A stretch of DNA of 64,000 nucleotides from a virus. The DNA is taken from positions 1-64,000 of IMG/VR virus record IMGVR_UViG_3300005541_000008. The stretch is one strand, 5' to 3'. A program made the translations under genes and the position numbers. The notes below the pieces were generated by a model. It did not search any database and had not been told where the DNA came from. It worked only from the letters and a program-made list of their open reading frames with translations. Each line of letters starts with the position of its first letter. The first letter of the stretch is position 1. Below are positions 63,195-64,000 of the stretch, one piece after another.

Positions 63195-63789
63195 CTGGCC
63201 TTGGCAACCTGAGAGGAAGGACCCTCTAGAGGAGCGTGCGTGGCGGCGCAACCCTAACCCTGAAGTAATCCACCAACCCGTCTACACACGCATCACGATC
63301 CCCGCACACACACCGGGCTTTGCGAATTACGCATTCGGCTACGCAAGGGGACAGCACATCCCAGAGCTCGGTCGGGTATCGACTCTCCACGACACTAACC
63401 TCGACCAAGCGAATGTGATGCCGTCGAGAAAGTTCGAGTTTCAGACCTTAGTAATTGTAATCACGGCCGCAACACTCAGCGACTACCTCGACGTGTACAA
63501 TAACCTCTTCGGCGAGTTTAGGGTGGTAGATAAGAACATGCTCTATTTCGTGATGCAACATCTTTGCCCTATGTATGTTGCAAACCTCCGCCCTGCGAGT
63601 ACTTTGCCGAGGAATGTAAAGGATCTTCATCTCAACCCGCGCTACCGACGGTTCTCGCACAAGCTCCAAACCCCGATCCTTATCAACCCCTACGAGTTCT
63701 TCCAGCTCCGAGTTGACTGCGACGTGGACTTGGCGTATGCTGTTGGGTTGTATATTGCGCTCGATGGCTTGATGTGGAGACCTGTGTAA
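63181..63789 (+). CDS. Paralog of the putative major capsid protein
   Basis: HQPVY, DTNLDQANVMP, FRVVDK, LINPYE, LDGLMWRPV align with the MCP motifs. Confidence 0.75.
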   Translation: MGVTDWPWQPERKDPLEERAWRRNPNPEVIHQPVYTRITIPAHTPGFANYAFGYARGQHIPELGRVSTLHDTNLDQANVMPSRKFEFQTLVIVITAATLSDYLDVYNNLFGEFRVVDKNMLYFVMQHLCPMYVANLRPASTLPRNVKDLHLNPRYRRFSHKLQTPILINPYEFFQLRVDCDVDLAYAVGLYIALDGLMWRPV

Positions 63790-64000
63790 TGGAGGAGATC
63801 GAGCGCTTAAAGGAACGCTTGGCCCTAGCAGAACGCCTCATCCTCTCAATCCTCGCCCACGAGTCGAAGATGGACCATTTCGAGTATAAGGACCTTGCCG
63901 ACCACAACGCTGCGGTGGAGAATATCCGTGTGATGATTGCAGAGTTTCTCCGCGGGAGGAAGGCGTAGTGTGGTCTTCGGTTATGCCGTATAAGATCGAG

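Overview
This window looks like most of a ~57% GC prokaryotic virus genome, probably a tailless, membrane-containing virus with jelly-roll capsid proteins; no terminase, portal or tail genes are recognisable. Positions 1-19.5 kb are a minus-strand virion/late operon: two adjacent capsid-like genes, a penton/spike-like protein, an Asp-box beta-propeller, an Arg-rich core protein, a transglutaminase-fold protein, a PLD, small membrane proteins and a glycosyltransferase/methyltransferase cassette. Positions 19.5-21.6 kb are a divergence/control region. Positions 21.6-64 kb are a plus-strand early/middle region with many small ORFs, a tandem family of ~18 paralogous mini-proteins, two tRNAs, a tRNA-like ncRNA, a 7-deazaguanine pathway (folE, queD, queE, queC and a TGT/DpdA-like gene), recombination and replication genes (PD-(D/E)XK nuclease, AAA ATPase, SSB, split UDG-exonuclease/PolA, DUF3987-like helicase), a tandem tyrosine-recombinase-HNH fusion and extra capsid paralogs. 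The standout is a lone Cas7/RAMP-like gene (39651-40301) with no CRISPR array or cas operon. It lies between two long non-coding arrays built from NGYNN pentamers punctuated by NGGYNN hexamers. An orphan array with the same grammar fills the 5' UTR of a capsid paralog 25 kb away. Together these suggest a candidate RNA-guided or RNA-scaffolded system whose information sits in variable dinucleotides rather than CRISPR spacers. All calls come from reading motifs by eye; no searches were run.
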